This document shows positions 1 through 221 of a stretch of 221 nt of DNA, one piece after another. The notes below the pieces were generated by a model that did not search any database, had not been told where the DNA came from, and saw only the letters and a list, made by a program, of their open reading frames with translations. The stretch is taken from sequence record M10495.1, one strand, 5' to 3'. Both the position numbers and the translations under genes were made by a program. How positions within the stretch are numbered: the first letter of the stretch is position 1; each line of letters starts with the position of its first letter. The stretch is from a phage.

Positions 1-5
1 GGGGA

Positions 6-21
6 CCCCCCGGAAGGGGGG
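6..21 (+). other. 5'-terminal stem-loop; the 5' GGGGA (1-5) is left unpaired
   Basis: CCCCCC (6-11) is the exact reverse complement of GGGGGG (16-21): 6 bp stem, GGAA loop (12-15, GNRA-type). Checked by hand. Confidence 0.7.
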
Positions 22-41
22 ACGAGGTGCGGGCACCTCGT
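22..41 (+). other. Perfect 8-bp hairpin
   Basis: ACGAGGTG (22-29) pairs with CACCTCGT (34-41); loop CGGG (30-33). Checked by hand. Confidence 0.7.
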
Positions 42-53
42 ACGGGAGTTCGA

Positions 54-69
54 CCGTGACGAGTCACGG
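54..69 (+). other. 6-bp hairpin with CGAG loop; candidate exterior loop that tolerates insertions
   Basis: CCGTGA (54-59) pairs with TCACGG (64-69); loop CGAG (60-63). A weaker alternative hairpin, 42-45 with 54-57 (ACGG/CCGT), competes for the same bases. Confidence 0.65.
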
Positions 70-72
70 GCT

Positions 73-86
73 AGCGCTTTCGCGCT
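73..86 (+). other. 5-bp hairpin with TTTC loop
   Basis: AGCGC (73-77) pairs with GCGCT (82-86); loop TTTC (78-81). Confidence 0.6.
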
Positions 87-92
87 CTCCCA

Positions 93-119
93 GGTGACGC
101 CTCGAGAAGAGGCGCGACC
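93..119 (+). other. Central hairpin with internal loop
   Basis: Core stem CGCCTC (98-103) pairs with GAGGCG (109-114), 6 bp, loop GAGAA (104-108). Outer GGT (93-95) pairs with ACC (117-119) across a small internal loop (96-97 and 115-116). Confidence 0.6.
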
Positions 120-120
120 T

Positions 121-143
121 TCGTGCGTTTCGGCGACGCACGA
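121..143 (+). other. 7-bp hairpin with 9-nt loop
   Basis: TCGTGCG (121-127) pairs with CGCACGA (137-143); loop TTTCGGCGA (128-136). Confidence 0.6.
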
Positions 144-148
144 GAACC

Positions 149-171
149 GCCACGCTGCTTCGCAGCGTGGC
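149..171 (+). other. Longest perfect hairpin (9-10 bp)
   Basis: GCCACGCTG (149-157) pairs with CAGCGTGGC (163-171); loop CTTCG (158-162), or TTC if C158-G162 also pairs. Confidence 0.7.
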
Positions 172-173
172 CC

Positions 174-197
174 CTTCGCGCAGCCCGCTGCGCGAGG
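174..197 (+). other. 7-10 bp hairpin near the 3' end
   Basis: Core CGCGCAG (177-183) pairs with CTGCGCG (188-194); loop CCCG (184-187). Extendable by T176-A195, T175-G196 (G-U wobble in RNA) and C174-G197. Confidence 0.65.
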
Positions 198-200
198 TGA

Positions 201-214
201 CCCCCGAAGGGGGG
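201..214 (+). other. 3'-proximal stem-loop, mirror of the 5' hairpin
   Basis: CCCCC (201-205) pairs with GGGGG (210-214); loop GAAG (206-209). Confidence 0.65.
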
Positions 215-221
215 TTCCCCA
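215..221 (+). promoter_or_regulatory. Single-stranded 3' tail TTCCCCA: C-cluster initiation site for the replicase plus a terminal A
   Basis: Seen: bases 215-221 lie outside every local hairpin and end in CCCCA. Established knowledge: Qbeta replicase starts synthesis opposite a 3' C-cluster and adds a non-templated A. The tail could instead pair with 1-5 in a terminal panhandle (see findings). Confidence 0.6.

Larger units (their letters stand above)
1..221 (+). ncRNA. MDV-1: Complete MDV-1-like (midivariant-1) replicating RNA, given as DNA: non-coding template amplified by bacteriophage Qbeta replicase; probably the (+) strand
   Basis: Seen in sequence: exactly 221 nt; 5' end GGGGACCCCCC, 3' end CCCCA, so both strands begin GGGG and end CCCC; nine perfect local hairpins cover most of the length; no ATG on either strand. 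Established knowledge (recalled, not searched): MDV-1 is 221 nt, begins GGGGACCCCCCGGAAGGGGGG and ends CCCA; Qbeta replicase templates need 5' GGG and 3' CCC(A). Identity not confirmed by alignment. Confidence 0.8.

Noticed and set aside
42-57. GAGTTCGACC resembles a tRNA T-loop motif (GTTCGA)
   Set aside because: No acceptor stem, anticodon arm or D-arm can be built around it; the flanking bases do not form a 5-bp T-stem with a 7-nt loop. Chance resemblance in a TTCG-rich sequence.
101-106. CTCGAG (XhoI) at 101-106 and GGGACCC (PpuMI-type) at 2-8 as signs of vector engineering
   Set aside because: Six- and seven-base palindromic sites are expected by chance in a palindrome-rich GC sequence. 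They lie within natural-looking hairpin elements and no polylinker-like cluster is present. An engineered origin cannot be excluded from sequence alone.
149-176. Rho-independent terminators (GC hairpin followed by T)
   Set aside because: No hairpin is followed by a run of four or more T; the longest T runs are three and lie inside loops.
22-197. CRISPR-like array of repeated hairpins
   Set aside because: The stems are unique sequences with irregular spacing; there is no repeat-spacer periodicity.
1-219. Stop-free reading frame 1 across the whole window (73 codons)
   Set aside because: No ATG on either strand. Third-position G+C is about 73%, no higher than the overall 71%, unlike real high-GC coding sequence. 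The open frame is explained by the scarcity of TAA, TAG and TGA in a GC-rich sequence, and the region is saturated with perfect hairpins.
1-221. Viroid-like or satellite RNA with a hammerhead ribozyme
   Set aside because: No CUGAUGA box on either strand and no GAAA on the plus strand. The structure is a string of local hairpins, not a rod or a three-way junction around a conserved core.
1-221. Hairpin telomere, parvoviral ITR or one large palindrome
   Set aside because: The full reverse complement does not align with the forward sequence beyond the terminal 11-20 nt; internal hairpins are all different from one another.

Overview
This 221-nt window (about 71% G+C; 157 of 221 by hand count) looks like one complete small RNA replicon written as DNA, not a fragment of a genome. 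It starts GGGG and ends CCCCA, has no ATG on either strand (the dinucleotide AT never occurs), and almost every base sits in one of nine perfect local hairpins (stems 5-10 bp, loops 3-9 nt). Length, termini and hairpin architecture match what I recall of MDV-1 (midivariant-1) RNA, the 221-nt non-coding template and parasite of bacteriophage Qbeta replicase. The reverse complement of the 3' end also closely resembles the 5' end of the Qbeta genome as I remember it. I therefore call the whole window a complete MDV-1-like replicase template, probably the (+) strand. This is a classic, well-described system, not a new one. I cannot run a database search, so identity to MDV-1 (versus a close variant or engineered derivative) rests on memory plus the structure I verified by hand. 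I found no protein-coding gene, tRNA, CRISPR array, self-cleaving ribozyme core or mobile element.
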